Below, one piece after another: positions 9,499-19,717 of a stretch of 40,475 bases of DNA. A program made the translations under genes and the position numbers. The stretch is from positions 1-40,475 of the forward strand of contig JBGSZS010000003.1 in assembly GCA_041750285.1 (NCBI GenBank). Direction: 5' to 3'. Source of the DNA: Candidatus Fermentibacteraceae bacterium. Its GTDB lineage: Bacteria > Fermentibacterota > Fermentibacteria > Fermentibacterales > JCC-6. A model generated the notes under the pieces. It did not search any database. It was not told the DNA's origin and saw only the letters and a list, made by a program, of their open reading frames with translations. Each line of letters begins with the position of its first letter. Within the stretch, counting starts at the first letter, position 1.

Positions 9499-10761
9499 AT
9501 GATTGACAGGATGATCCTTAGGAATGATCCCGAAAGGGTTCGCTGCGCTGTCGCTGAAAGGAAGTGCGTCTGTTCGATCGATGAATGGCTCTCCCTTGAT
9601 GAAAGGCTTCGGACGGCAGGCTCCGAGGCCGACGGACTCCGCGCCATCAGAAACTCGCTCAGCCTGCAGGTGTCGGCCCTCAAGAAGGCCGGGCTTCCAG
9701 CCGATGAGGCCATGGAGGAGAGCAGGGCCGCAGGGGAGAAGATCGCTTTGCTCGAGCGCGACTTGAAAGCCATCGAAACCCGCATGAACGAGATACAGCT
9801 CTCCATACCCAACATTCCCGACCCTGATGTTCCGGTCGGCGGAGAAGAAGCCAATCAGGAAGTACGGCGCTGGGGCTCACCACCGACCTTCGACTTCGCG
9901 CCCAGACCCCATTGGGAATTGATGAAGGGCGTGTACGAACCCGAGGCCGCCGGTGAGATAGCAGGCTCGAACTTCATCCTCTTCCGTGGATGGGCGGCCA
10001 GGCTTCAACGAAAGCTGATAAACTGGATGCTGGACATCCACCATTCCGCCGGAATGGAGGAGGTCTGGCCCCCCTTCCTCGCATCGCGCGAGTCGGTCAC
10101 GGCCACCGGCCAGCTTCCCAAACTGGAGGAGGACATGTACCGTCTCGAGCGGGATGACCTCTTCCTGATACCCACCGGCGAAGTGCCCATAACAAACCTC
10201 TACAGGGGGGCGATGCTCACTGAAGCGAAACTTCCGGTGAAGCTCTGCGGGTACACGCCGTGTTTCAGGCGGGAGGCCGGAAGCTATGGCAAGGAAACGA
10301 GGGGGCTGAACAGGGTTCACCAGTTCGAAAAGGTTGAAATGGTCTGGCTCGTTCACCCTGAAGAATCACGCAAGGCTCACGAGGAAATGCTCGCTCACGC
10401 AGCCCGCCTGCTGGAGCGGCTTGGCTTGCACTACCGTGTGCTTCTTCTCGCCTCCGGTGATCTGGGTTTTTCTGCGGCCCGCTGCTACGATCTGGAGATA
10501 TGGTCGCCCGGGCAGGAGAAATGGCTCGAGGTGTCGTCCGTCTCCAACTTCCATGATTTTCAGGCGAGAAGGGGGAACATCAGGTTCAAACCCGACGGGG
10601 GAGGCAAACCCATGTTCGTCCACACCCTGAACGGATCGGGGCTGGCTTTGCCCCGGCTGATCTCGACGCTCGTTGAAACCTTCCAGAGGGCCGACGGCAA
10701 AGTCGATGCGGAAGGGCTACTTTCGAGGCTCGTGATCCCAGAGAAGGGTGGGTCCGCTTAG
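9499..10761 (+). CDS. serS: Serine--tRNA ligase
   Basis: N-terminal coiled coil, TGQLPK, LIPTGEVP, CFRREAGSYGKETRGLNRVHQFEKVE, EVSSVSNF, HTLNGSGLA; ATG 9499 after GGGGAG. Confidence 0.97.
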   Translation: MIDRMILRNDPERVRCAVAERKCVCSIDEWLSLDERLRTAGSEADGLRAIRNSLSLQVSALKKAGLPADEAMEESRAAGEKIALLERDLKAIETRMNEIQLSIPNIPDPDVPVGGEEANQEVRRWGSPPTFDFAPRPHWELMKGVYEPEAAGEIAGSNFILFRGWAARLQRKLINWMLDIHHSAGMEEVWPPFLASRESVTATGQLPKLEEDMYRLERDDLFLIPTGEVPITNLYRGAMLTEAKLPVKLCGYTPCFRREAGSYGKETRGLNRVHQFEKVEMVWLVHPEESRKAHEEMLAHAARLLERLGLHYRVLLLASGDLGFSAARCYDLEIWSPGQEKWLEVSSVSNFHDFQARRGNIRFKPDGGGKPMFVHTLNGSGLALPRLISTLVETFQRADGKVDAEGLLSRLVIPEKGGSA

Positions 10762-11853
10762 AAGCAGCCTTGCCATCCCGTGGATGGCCGAGATCCCCAT
10801 CAGCCAGAAGTAGTAGGGCATGAGCAGCACTGAGGGAAGGGCACGCCTGAGAACTGAGCCGGTCAAAGCCGTCAGGTTGAAAAGAACAGAAAGCCAGAAG
10901 AGAGTCGCGTAAATAGGTCCCATGCCCCGGAGCAGGCAGACCGATATCACCGCCGTCACCCCGAACACGCCGATCTGCCACCTCAGTATCTTGTGAAGAA
11001 GGAGCTGCAGGGCGAGCCAGAACCTTCCCTTTCCAATTGCCATGACAAGGAAGCGAACAGCCATTCCGAAGTACTGCGCCACGATCCTCACCATCCGCCT
11101 GTACTGCGACTGATCGCTGTCCGAAGGTTCAAGGGCGACGGCACGGGGGTTGAAAACACACTCCCTCCCCTGCATCCTGACCATCACCCCGATCTCGAAG
11201 TCGTCGGCCCTCTTTGGACCTGCGGGCATGAACAGTTCTTTTCTCAGGGCGAAAACCGCTCCCGTCGTTCCAAGAACCGAGCCAAGCCTGCCGCAGAGCT
11301 TCTTTAGAAGGGTTTCATAACGCCAGTATGCGCTTTCGCAAGTTTCCACGGACAGGCTGTTCCGTCTTGAGCCGTCAACGCAGCCAACCGACGGATCGGA
11401 GAATGGCTCGATGAGCTGCGAGACGGTATCCTCCCTGAAAACGGTGTTCGCATCTGTAAGTACGAGGATGTCTCCGGTGGCGAGATGTCTGATCCTGACC
11501 ATGATCTCGGATTTGCCCACCCTCTCCTCGGACCTGTAAAGAACAACCCCCCGGTTCGAGAAGGATCTCACAATGTCATCGGTATCGTCCGTCGAGGCGT
11601 CGGAGCCGACGATTATCTCCATGAGGCCGGCGGGGTAGTCCTGAGAGAGAAGGTTTCCGATGCGTCCGGCGATGCAGCTGCCCTCGTTCCTTGCCGCCAC
11701 GAGACAGGTCACCCTGGGAAGATCGGAGAATGGCAAGGTCTTTCGCTTTTTGCGAAGCCTTCCAGCCACGAAGAGCAAGGCCGGGTAACCCGCAAGGGGC
11801 AGCACGATCATCCCCACACTGATCCAGAACACGAAAAGTGCCACGACCTGCAT
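10717..11853 (-). CDS. Membrane-bound glycosyltransferase family 2 (PgaC/CesA-like)
   Basis: AARNE, SDASTD, TDAN (DxD-like), GAVFALR, DDF, QYRRMVR; N- and C-terminal TM helices. Confidence 0.88.
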   Translation of the reverse strand: MQVVALFVFWISVGMIVLPLAGYPALLFVAGRLRKKRKTLPFSDLPRVTCLVAARNEGSCIAGRIGNLLSQDYPAGLMEIIVGSDASTDDTDDIVRSFSNRGVVLYRSEERVGKSEIMVRIRHLATGDILVLTDANTVFREDTVSQLIEPFSDPSVGCVDGSRRNSLSVETCESAYWRYETLLKKLCGRLGSVLGTTGAVFALRKELFMPAGPKRADDFEIGVMVRMQGRECVFNPRAVALEPSDSDQSQYRRMVRIVAQYFGMAVRFLVMAIGKGRFWLALQLLLHKILRWQIGVFGVTAVISVCLLRGMGPIYATLFWLSVLFNLTALTGSVLRRALPSVLLMPYYFWLMGISAIHGMARLLLSGPTLLWDHEPRK

Positions 11854-12030
11854 GAATTCCTTCCAGCGGGATCGGCAAGTGTCCGGGTATCTTAATCACT
11901 CCGGGCAGCTGTTACCACCGTCAGTCGTTCTTCCCGGCCACACGCTGAGGCTGCAGGCTGACCGGACCATGCCCCGGGTGCATGGAACTCGTCCGGTTTC
12001 TCCGGCGGCGCACTGCTGCCTTCGTTACTA

Positions 12031-12855
12031 TCAAGTTATTGTTCCGGGCTGTAAAGGGTACGACCTGAGCTCACCTGCCTGGAGATACCGGCAGCTCTCG
12101 AAGCCTGATTCCAGAAGGAGCTTTCGACCCTCCTCAAGGCCGAAGAAAACCCATGGATCATTGTGAGTGTCCGACCCGAGGGTCACATGTCTTCCTCCCA
12201 TGGACCGGTACAGGTTCAGAACCGGAATGGATGGGTATGTGGTTTTCTCACGGCGCCTGAGACCCGATGTGTTCAGTTCGAGTATGATCCCCCGTGCGAT
12301 GACCGCGCCGAGAACATCCTGCATGAGACCAGGCCACAGAAGTGTTTCATCGACCGATGTTTCGAGCCCCGCCAGCGCCATGCCCCTCCTGAAGATTCCA
12401 AGATGTGCCAGAACATCGAACTGCGGATCCCTCAGCATTTCCAGCGTGGTTCTGTAGTAGCGTTCAATGAGTTCAAGGCACGAGGCCTTTTTAAAGGCAT
12501 CGGGTCCGAGAATCAACTGGTCATCAAGCCAGTGCAGGGCGCCGATGACGAAGTCGAAGTTCCTAGCTCTCATGGTTTCAGCGGCCATGGAGCCGTAAAG
12601 ATGGGGTTCCCCAACCTCGACCCCGCACAGGATCAGAAGTTCAGGGTTATGTGACTGCGCGTCACGCACGGCGGCCCGATACCTCTCCCCGTCGAAGAAC
12701 CCCGTGCAGGAATCGCAGGGATGGAAATCGAGGTGCGCCACGAAACCCAGACCAAAAAGGCCTTCCCCCGAGGCCCTTCGTGCGAGTTCCGACTCGGTTA
12801 GGGCGGCGTCGGGGGAATTGGTGGTATGCACATGCATGTCGATGAGCGAAGGCAT
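12031..12855 (-). CDS. PHP-family phosphatase (HisJ/HisK histidinol-phosphatase type)
   Basis: DMHVHT, GVEVG, DFVIGALH, AHLG, ELNTSG, TLGSDTH; start re-placed at MPSLIDMHVH. Confidence 0.85.
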   Translation of the reverse strand: MPSLIDMHVHTTNSPDAALTESELARRASGEGLFGLGFVAHLDFHPCDSCTGFFDGERYRAAVRDAQSHNPELLILCGVEVGEPHLYGSMAAETMRARNFDFVIGALHWLDDQLILGPDAFKKASCLELIERYYRTTLEMLRDPQFDVLAHLGIFRRGMALAGLETSVDETLLWPGLMQDVLGAVIARGIILELNTSGLRRREKTTYPSIPVLNLYRSMGGRHVTLGSDTHNDPWVFFGLEEGRKLLLESGFESCRYLQAGELRSYPLQPGTIT

Positions 12856-12857
12856 TC

Positions 12858-13520
12858 TCAGAAGGTCACTCCCAGCCCCACGAGGACCATGTTCCAGCGG
12901 AGGTCCAGCGGGATGGTGAACTCGAAAGTCAACCCGCCCGGGATCCAGACCTCCCGTTGCGGGCCGGGAAACGAGTAGACCGCGCCGGCGCGGATGCAAT
13001 GGTAAAAGCCGTCATCCATCTCGGACCAGTCCCAGTCTCCCGATGAGTCTTCGGGGATGTTTATGACATCGGGACCGTACCCGGCATCCCAGGCGCCGTA
13101 GACCTCGAGGTCTGAACCGAGCAGGTAGCCCGCTGCAAGTGATGCCCGGCCGCCTATGACCTTTGCCGGGATCACATAGTTCGCTCCCGCGGTTACCGAA
13201 AGCGCCTCACGGGTATCGGGGTTGAGAATGGCCACGCGAACCTGGGGACCGATACCGTAGCCGTAGGCCGCGAAGCCCAGGTCGATACCCCTTGCGGCTC
13301 CCGTCAGAAACGAAAGGGACGGGCTGATGGGCAGATCGTCCTCACCCGAGGCGTCGGCCGACCGGCGGTCGTCACTGCTCAGGTAGGCAGGAAGCCCCAC
13401 TCCTCCGGACAGGGACAGCTCGTTCTCACCGAGCGTGCGGGCACCCTGCATCGAACCGTAATAGCATCCCGCTCCAAGGATCAAGAAGACCACGCATGCG
13501 GAAACGATCTTTGAATTCAA
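12858..13520 (-). CDS. Hypothetical lipoprotein / outer-membrane beta-barrel-like protein
   Basis: Lipobox GAGC; QGARTLG; amphipathic beta-strand pattern; C-terminal GVTF. Confidence 0.6.
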   Translation of the reverse strand: MNSKIVSACVVFLILGAGCYYGSMQGARTLGENELSLSGGVGLPAYLSSDDRRSADASGEDDLPISPSLSFLTGAARGIDLGFAAYGYGIGPQVRVAILNPDTREALSVTAGANYVIPAKVIGGRASLAAGYLLGSDLEVYGAWDAGYGPDVINIPEDSSGDWDWSEMDDGFYHCIRAGAVYSFPGPQREVWIPGGLTFEFTIPLDLRWNMVLVGLGVTF

Positions 13521-13598
13521 AATCCCCCCCTCCCTTCAGGCTATATTATTCTTCATCCCGGGGGTTTTGCACAATCCACAAGGAATGGGAGGCGGGAA

Positions 13599-14252
13599 GT
13601 GAAAACAAGACGTGCCGCGGTGCTTCTGTCCGGTTGCGGCGTCAAGGATGGAACCGAGATACACGAAGCGGTTTCTGCCATCATAGCTCTGGAACAGGGA
13701 GGGTTCAGCTGTGCCTTCATTGCGCCGGATGTTCCTCAGGCAAGGTCGCACAACCATCAGACGGGAGAGCAGCAGCCACCCAGATCCGTCCTCGCAGAGG
13801 CAGCCAGGATCGCCAGGGGTCCTGTCACTCCACTCGAAATGGTCGACATGGCTGACTACGACGTTCTTGTGATCCCAGGGGGGCTGGGAGCGGCGACCAC
13901 TCTTTGCGACTTTGCCGAAAAGGGTGCGGGGTGCACTGTGCTTCCCTCGGTGGCTGACCTTGTCGGTTCCGCGCATGCCCTTGGCAAGCCCATAGCTGCC
14001 ATGTGCATAGCTCCAGTGATCCTTGCGCGCTGCATTCCGGGGGTCACCCTCACTCTCGGCGGACATGCCGACACGATAAGGGCGGCTGAGAGCATGGGCG
14101 CGGTCCATGAGCCGTGTGAGGTGGATCAGGCCGTGGTTGATCTTGGGAACAGGGTGGTCACCACGCCCGCCTACATGATGGCAGATGGTCCGCTCCAGGT
14201 GTTTTCGGGAGCGGAAAGCATGGTTTCGGGGCTCAACTCCCTGCTTTCCTGA
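13599..14252 (+). CDS. elbB: ElbB / ES1-like glyoxalase (DJ-1/PfpI superfamily)
   Basis: VLLSGCGVKDGTEIHEAV, EAARIARG, PGGLGAA, CIAP, VVTTPAYM. Confidence 0.92.
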   Translation: MKTRRAAVLLSGCGVKDGTEIHEAVSAIIALEQGGFSCAFIAPDVPQARSHNHQTGEQQPPRSVLAEAARIARGPVTPLEMVDMADYDVLVIPGGLGAATTLCDFAEKGAGCTVLPSVADLVGSAHALGKPIAAMCIAPVILARCIPGVTLTLGGHADTIRAAESMGAVHEPCEVDQAVVDLGNRVVTTPAYMMADGPLQVFSGAESMVSGLNSLLS

Positions 14253-14976
14253 GCCTTCCCACGGGGGCCATGTAGACCACGAACTCGTCCCTTCCATCAA
14301 CGCCGCACATGGTGTCGGACAGGTCCTGGTCGTATGCGCCTATGGCGCATGTGCCTGCCCCGATGGCTTCAACCGCGAGATAGAGGTTCTGGCAAGCGTG
14401 GCCCGCATCAAGGGCGACAAGTTTCGGAGACACAGGGCCGTAACGCCACTCCGTCCTGTAGGGCACGGCCGTCCAGATGAAAACCACCGGGGCGCTTCCG
14501 CAGAACTCCTGGCCATGGCAGGCGGAGGTCATCTCGTCACGGGTTGGAACCCTGCCGGTGAAATCGAGTGAGTCATCCAGGGGCATGTACCTGTAAAGCC
14601 CCGGTGAAAGACCGTTCACATCGAATACGGCGATCAGGGTGTCGAGCGGGTGCCGGGCACCCGCTGACGGAACTGCCCTCAGGGTCACGACACCTCCGCC
14701 CTGTCTTCTGATCACCTGTCGAATTCCCGCAACCGACCTGAGAAGCCAGGCGAGTTCAGGCAGATCGAGCGGGTCCGGAAGAAAGGCCCTCCGGCTTGCC
14801 CGTCGGGCAAAAGCGGTCTCGAGGGAAACAGGGAAGGAACCAGGCCGGGGATCGGGAAGTGCCACCGGCTCTCCGTGGAATGACGGCTGCACCTCGGGCA
14901 CGGGTATCCCGCGGCTCTGATCGCTGGTAAAGCCCTCAAGCTCTTTCCAGCCCGATTTGAGAAGATCACTGCCCAT
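14233..14976 (-). CDS. SagB/ThcOx-family nitroreductase-fold dehydrogenase
   Basis: RRASRRAF, LRAVPSAGARHPL, WRYG, LDAGHACQNLYL, GTCAIGAY. Confidence 0.88.
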   Translation of the reverse strand: MGSDLLKSGWKELEGFTSDQSRGIPVPEVQPSFHGEPVALPDPRPGSFPVSLETAFARRASRRAFLPDPLDLPELAWLLRSVAGIRQVIRRQGGGVVTLRAVPSAGARHPLDTLIAVFDVNGLSPGLYRYMPLDDSLDFTGRVPTRDEMTSACHGQEFCGSAPVVFIWTAVPYRTEWRYGPVSPKLVALDAGHACQNLYLAVEAIGAGTCAIGAYDQDLSDTMCGVDGRDEFVVYMAPVGRLRKAGS

Positions 14977-15163
14977 ACTGCACCTGCCGTTTCAAAAAGC
15001 CCTCCGGCGCGATCGTCCGCGACTGCGCCCGGATGCCGTTGAACCAACCCGCACCAACACTGACCTGTTGTTGCGATGTTTGCATTCTTTCGGGCATGTG
15101 TCAAGGCTGACGATTTCACGTATATTTCAAGAAACTTTTCCAACATTTCAGGAGTGTCAGTTA

Positions 15164-16369
15164 ATGCGTTACGACTTTGACATCCCCGTGGACCGGCGGA
15201 ATACCAGCTGCCTCAAGTGGGACTATCTCGATTCAATGTTCGGTCGTGAGGACCTAATCAGCATGTGGATTGCCGACATGGACTTCATGCTGCCGGAATC
15301 CATACTCGATGCGATCCGAGAAAGGGCCGGACACGGCGTTTTCGGTTACACGGCCATACCCGGATCGTTCTATGAGGCCGTTGAGACGTGGTTCTCGAAC
15401 CATTACGGGTTCGGGATCCAGAGGGAATGGATCGTCACTACCCCGGGTGTCGTGCCCGCCTTCAACTTCGCCATGCAGCGGTTCACGGCCGAAGGTGACG
15501 GGGTGGTCATTCAGCCGCCTGTGTACCACCCCTTTGAGGAGTCCATAAGGTACAACGGACGAGTAACCGTCGAAAATCCTCTGGTTCTTGAAAACGGGAA
15601 GTACCGCATAGACTTCGACGATCTGGACCGCAAGGCGGCCGGTGCCCGCATGCTTGTCATCTGCAATCCGCACAACCCGGTGGCGAGGGTATGGAGCCGG
15701 GAGGAACTGAACAGGATGATGGAGATCGCCGAAAGACATGATCTGATGGTCTTCTCGGACGAGATCCATTCTGACATCGTCTACAGTCCCCACAGGCACT
15801 TTCCCACCCTCCTTCTCGGCGATGATGCCAGAAGACGAACGATTGCCGCCTATGCCACGAGCAAGACGTTCAACCTCGCCGGACTTCAGCTTTCGGTGAT
15901 CATCATCGCCGATCCGGTGCTGCGAGCCGACTACACACGCTTCATAAGGAACCTTCACCTGACGGGCTCCAACATATTCGGGATCGTGGCCACCCAGACC
16001 GCATATGAGCATGGCGGCGAGTGGCTTTCCCAGCTGCTGTCGTACCTCTGGGAGAACTACCTGTTCGTCAGCGAGTATGCGAACGTGAACCTTCCCGGCG
16101 TCCGGGTGCTCGAACCTGAAGGCACCTTTCTTCTCTGGCTGGATTGCAGGGGGACGGGAATGTCCGATGAGGAACTCAGTGAGTTTTTCATTCACAAGGC
16201 CGGCGTTGGCATGAACAACGGCGCCATGTTCGGAACCGGCGGGGACGGTTTCATGCGGATGAACATCGCCACTCCCCGTGCCAATCTCAGGAACGCACTC
16301 GACTGCATTCGGGATGCACTCGGCGCAGGCGATCCCAAAACCGGTTCCCCAGCGGCAGTGAATTACTGA
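15164..16369 (+). CDS. patB: PLP-dependent cystathionine beta-lyase / C-S lyase (MalY/PatB family)
   Basis: MWIADMDF, GVFGY, CNPHNP, SDEIHSD, SKTFNLAGL, EGTFLLWLD; start 15164 after AGGAG. Confidence 0.92.
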   Translation: MRYDFDIPVDRRNTSCLKWDYLDSMFGREDLISMWIADMDFMLPESILDAIRERAGHGVFGYTAIPGSFYEAVETWFSNHYGFGIQREWIVTTPGVVPAFNFAMQRFTAEGDGVVIQPPVYHPFEESIRYNGRVTVENPLVLENGKYRIDFDDLDRKAAGARMLVICNPHNPVARVWSREELNRMMEIAERHDLMVFSDEIHSDIVYSPHRHFPTLLLGDDARRRTIAAYATSKTFNLAGLQLSVIIIADPVLRADYTRFIRNLHLTGSNIFGIVATQTAYEHGGEWLSQLLSYLWENYLFVSEYANVNLPGVRVLEPEGTFLLWLDCRGTGMSDEELSEFFIHKAGVGMNNGAMFGTGGDGFMRMNIATPRANLRNALDCIRDALGAGDPKTGSPAAVNY

Positions 16370-16433
16370 ATCGACCAGACCTTCCCGGTGCCCGCGGGGT
16401 GAAAATCCGGTATATCACCGCTTTGAGCAGGGG

Positions 16434-17018
16434 GTGATCATGAACGGTGAAGAACGGTTCTGCCGCAAGTGCGGCAACAGGCTGGAATCCGGCAGCGTTT
16501 ACTGCATACGCTGCGGAACAAGGGTTCGGATGGACGGTGACGCAATCCTTCCCGAGGCGGATACCGCAGAGGGGATCCCCCCGGCCATACAGGACCGGGT
16601 TCACAGTCTTCTTGTTGACAGGAATTACATCGAGGCCATAAAGCTCTACCGTGAGAACACCTCAAAACCGCTCAAGGAATCCAAGGAAGCCATCGACGCC
16701 TACGTTGCCGCGAATGGTATCGACGCAGGCGCCGAATCCAGGGCTCGCACCTTGCCCTTTCGCTGTGCGGGAGCCATTCTGGGCTTTTTTCTCTGGATGG
16801 CCTTCATCGGCGCCATGCCCTTCGCGGCGCGATGGCTTGCGCCAAGGGTCTTTGGTCCCGGGCTTTCCCGGGGCTCCATCGAAACATGCATGGCGCTTCT
16901 TCCCATGATCATGGTCATCCTGTCCCTGGCTTTGTTCTTCCTTGCCCTGTCATCCCGCCGGAGGAGGGCTGGTGGCAATGGAGATCCATCCTCCGGTTCA
17001 GGGCCGGACCTGGGGTAA
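16434..17018 (+). CDS. Zinc-ribbon + ribosomal L7/L12-CTD-like domain membrane protein
   Basis: CRKC-x10-CIRC; IEAIKLYRENTSKPLKESKEAID; two C-terminal TM helices. Confidence 0.65.
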   Translation: MIMNGEERFCRKCGNRLESGSVYCIRCGTRVRMDGDAILPEADTAEGIPPAIQDRVHSLLVDRNYIEAIKLYRENTSKPLKESKEAIDAYVAANGIDAGAESRARTLPFRCAGAILGFFLWMAFIGAMPFAARWLAPRVFGPGLSRGSIETCMALLPMIMVILSLALFFLALSSRRRRAGGNGDPSSGSGPDLG

Positions 17019-17036
17019 TCCGATCAGGCCCCCCTC

Positions 17037-18146
17037 ATGAAAACCGTTCTGGATGTCACGATCTGCACACACAGCCGGGGTGGCGTGGGCAGATGGGTGG
17101 AGGGACTTTCCAGGGGGCTGACCGTGGTGAACCCTGAACACTGTTCCCTGGATGTCCGCGAAACACATCCAATGAACACCACCCCGGTCAGTGAAGCCAG
17201 GGTTCTTCCTCTGCCCTTCTGGACCCGGGTTCCCCTTCTGAGGCGGGGATTGTACCGCGCTGGCCGTCTTGAGGCCACCAGGGCGAAGCGGATCCGATGC
17301 TTCGCAGGCATGCCAGACGTGATCCATCTTTCGGGAGTGCAACCATTCGGCTTCGGTAGAAAGACCGTGGTGACCTTTTTCGACGACACTCCCTGGACGG
17401 CGCCCGACTCCCATACGGAACAGACCCTGTTCTACTCCCGAAGGCTTGAATGCCTGATCAGACATGGGGCTTCGGTTGTGGCGATTAGCCGTTGGACCGC
17501 CGAAAGGGCGATCAGGCTGTTCGGCCTTCCACCGGAAAGGGTTTGTTCAGTGGGGGGCGCGCCGGACGGGATGTTCACGCCTGGCGAGCCGGATCCCCTA
17601 ACGCTTCGCCGTCTCGGCCTTGAGCCTGACCGTTTTCTGCTTCATGTGGGCAGTTTCGTTCCCAGAAAGAACATCCCGTTCCTTGCCGAATCCTTCATGA
17701 AGGCTTCGGTCCCCGGCATGAAACTCGTTCTGGCGGGACTGGAGAGATGGGGGGATCAGAGGATTCCTTCCTCGGAGAGCATCATCTGCAGGGACGACCT
17801 TTCCGACACCGACCTTCTTTCCCTCTACAGGGGAGCCCGTGCACTCCTTGTTCCAAGCTCGGAGGAAGGGCTCGGGCTGCCGGTGCTCGAGGCATTTGCC
17901 TGTGGAACACCCGTTGTATCATCTGACGGCGGGGCGCTTCCGGAGACAGTTGGAAAATGCGGGCTCGTCCTTCCGGTGCTGGACGGAGACTCATGGGTCC
18001 GAGCGGTACGCGACCTTGCATCCGGGGCGATAACGGCGGAATTGAGGATAATGGCTGAAAAGCACCGCGGGACAACATGGGAAGATGTGGGCGGAAGGAC
18101 CCTCGAGTTCTACAGACGTGTAGCGGGAACGGCCGAAAGCGGTTGA
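17037..18146 (+). CDS. Glycosyltransferase family 4
   Basis: GGVGRW, VGSFVPRKN, PSSEEGLGLPVLEAFACGTPVV. Confidence 0.88.
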   Translation: MKTVLDVTICTHSRGGVGRWVEGLSRGLTVVNPEHCSLDVRETHPMNTTPVSEARVLPLPFWTRVPLLRRGLYRAGRLEATRAKRIRCFAGMPDVIHLSGVQPFGFGRKTVVTFFDDTPWTAPDSHTEQTLFYSRRLECLIRHGASVVAISRWTAERAIRLFGLPPERVCSVGGAPDGMFTPGEPDPLTLRRLGLEPDRFLLHVGSFVPRKNIPFLAESFMKASVPGMKLVLAGLERWGDQRIPSSESIICRDDLSDTDLLSLYRGARALLVPSSEEGLGLPVLEAFACGTPVVSSDGGALPETVGKCGLVLPVLDGDSWVRAVRDLASGAITAELRIMAEKHRGTTWEDVGGRTLEFYRRVAGTAESG

Positions 18147-18224
18147 CACAAGGTTTTCACGGCCTGCCCAAAGGTGTATGTATCCCGTTGGTCAGTCCGG
18201 CACAAAATGTAAAGGGGGGGTAGG

Positions 18225-18608
18225 ATGATGCGGTCTCTCGTACTGACGGCTGTTGTTCTGTACTTGCTTTCGGGTTGCGGCGGGGGTGATCCCGCGGAAA
18301 TGCCGGCTGAAACCGGAACTCCAGCCACACCCGCTCCACCCGGGGTTGACCAGACCAATCCGCAGCAGGTTGCCGAGGAGTTTTTCAGCGCCATCGACCA
18401 GGGTGACGTGGAAAGCGCGTCGCAGTGGGTCCTTCCCGAACAGCAGACCGAGTTCCTTGCCGCCATGGAGGGTGTAACTCCACAGCTTCCGGAAGGATAT
18501 GAAGTTGTCGTCCTTGCTCAGGGTGACCGTGCGGAGGCTTCCATCGTCGGCGCTCCGATCGAGGTGGACATGCAGATGCGCGAGGGGCTGTGGTGGATAG
18601 CAAACTGA
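18225..18608 (+). CDS. Hypothetical lipoprotein (NTF2/DUF4878-like)
   Basis: Lipobox LSGC, Pro/Thr linker, PQQVAEEFFSAI...REGLWWI. Confidence 0.65.
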   Translation: MMRSLVLTAVVLYLLSGCGGGDPAEMPAETGTPATPAPPGVDQTNPQQVAEEFFSAIDQGDVESASQWVLPEQQTEFLAAMEGVTPQLPEGYEVVVLAQGDRAEASIVGAPIEVDMQMREGLWWIAN

Positions 18609-18649
18609 AACGGAACATGTCGCAGGGCTCCGTCTAACCGGGGGAATCA

Positions 18650-19717
18650 TTGCGTTCGCTTGCGCTGCATGTCGATTTCGACCTGAACAGGCCCACCGGC
18701 ATTGGCAGGTACGGTTATGAGATGGTGAGGTCGCTGGACCGCACCGGGCACATGTCCGAGGTGTGGGTCAACCGGGATCAGGTTCGCGCAGGGCTGTTTC
18801 AGGGGCTTCAGAACGCGAAAGTGGTTCCCTTCCCCTTCCCCAGAAGGATATCCGGGCGTCTGTTGCCCGCGCTTGCGGTCCGCCGTGGCATTGCCATCGT
18901 TCACAACCCCATGGGGGGAATGCTGCCCTCAGCCATTCCCCAGGCTGCCATGGTGCACGACATGGGTCCTTTCCTGTTTCCCGACCAGAAGGACGCCGCC
19001 GATACGGCGGTCTGGCGTGCGAGACTCTCCCATATCGTTAAGAAGGCCCGGGTCATAGTAACCAATTCCCGAACCACCGCCGAAGACCTTTTGAACCTTC
19101 ACCCCGGGTTGGAGGGAAGGGTTCGGGTAACCTACCTGGGCGTTGACCATTTCACATGGAACAGCGATCATGTTCCGGGCGGGAAACACATCCTTCTCGT
19201 GGGCACGGTCGAGCCCAGAAAGAACTACGGGGCGTTCATCAACGCATACAGCGACCTTGTGGCGGGCGGATTCCAGCCGCCGGTGGCCATCATTGCCGGG
19301 GTGGACGGGTTCCAGGCGGAGAACGTTCGTCGCCTGGTGATGGACAAGGGCCTTTCGGATAGGGTGCTGTTCACAGGCTACCTCGATGAGGACCGCCTCA
19401 GGGATCTCTACTCGGGGGCTGCCTGCCTTGTTCATCCCTCCCTCTACGAAGGTTTCGGGCTCACGCTCCCTGAGGCCTTCTCCTGGAACCTTCCGGTTGC
19501 CTCATCCGACCGGGGCTCACTCGGAGAACTGTTCAAGGATTCGGTATGGTCCTTCGACCCCGGCAACCGGGAGAGCATGACCCGGGCCATTCGTGATGCC
19601 CTTGAAAAGGGGGTGACACCCGGGCAGAGGGAAGCCAGGAAAGAGGTCCACCGCCGCTACACCTGGGCGAACTGTGCCGACCTTACCGTCAGGGCACTGC
19701 TGCCCGGGGCGACATGA
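18650..19717 (+). CDS. Glycosyltransferase family 4
   Basis: TGIGRY, MVHD, VGTVEPRKN, PSLYEGFGLTLPEA. Confidence 0.9.
   Translation: MRSLALHVDFDLNRPTGIGRYGYEMVRSLDRTGHMSEVWVNRDQVRAGLFQGLQNAKVVPFPFPRRISGRLLPALAVRRGIAIVHNPMGGMLPSAIPQAAMVHDMGPFLFPDQKDAADTAVWRARLSHIVKKARVIVTNSRTTAEDLLNLHPGLEGRVRVTYLGVDHFTWNSDHVPGGKHILLVGTVEPRKNYGAFINAYSDLVAGGFQPPVAIIAGVDGFQAENVRRLVMDKGLSDRVLFTGYLDEDRLRDLYSGAACLVHPSLYEGFGLTLPEAFSWNLPVASSDRGSLGELFKDSVWSFDPGNRESMTRAIRDALEKGVTPGQREARKEVHRRYTWANCADLTVRALLPGAT

Noticed and set aside
11854..12030. Riboswitch in the GC-rich leader of the GT2 gene
   Set aside because: No recognisable cobalamin, c-di-GMP or other aptamer consensus by eye; an Rfam search would be needed
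14233..14976. RiPP (azole) cluster suggested by the SagB-type enzyme
   Set aside because: No YcaO, precursor peptide or transporter nearby; stand-alone homologs are common in anaerobes
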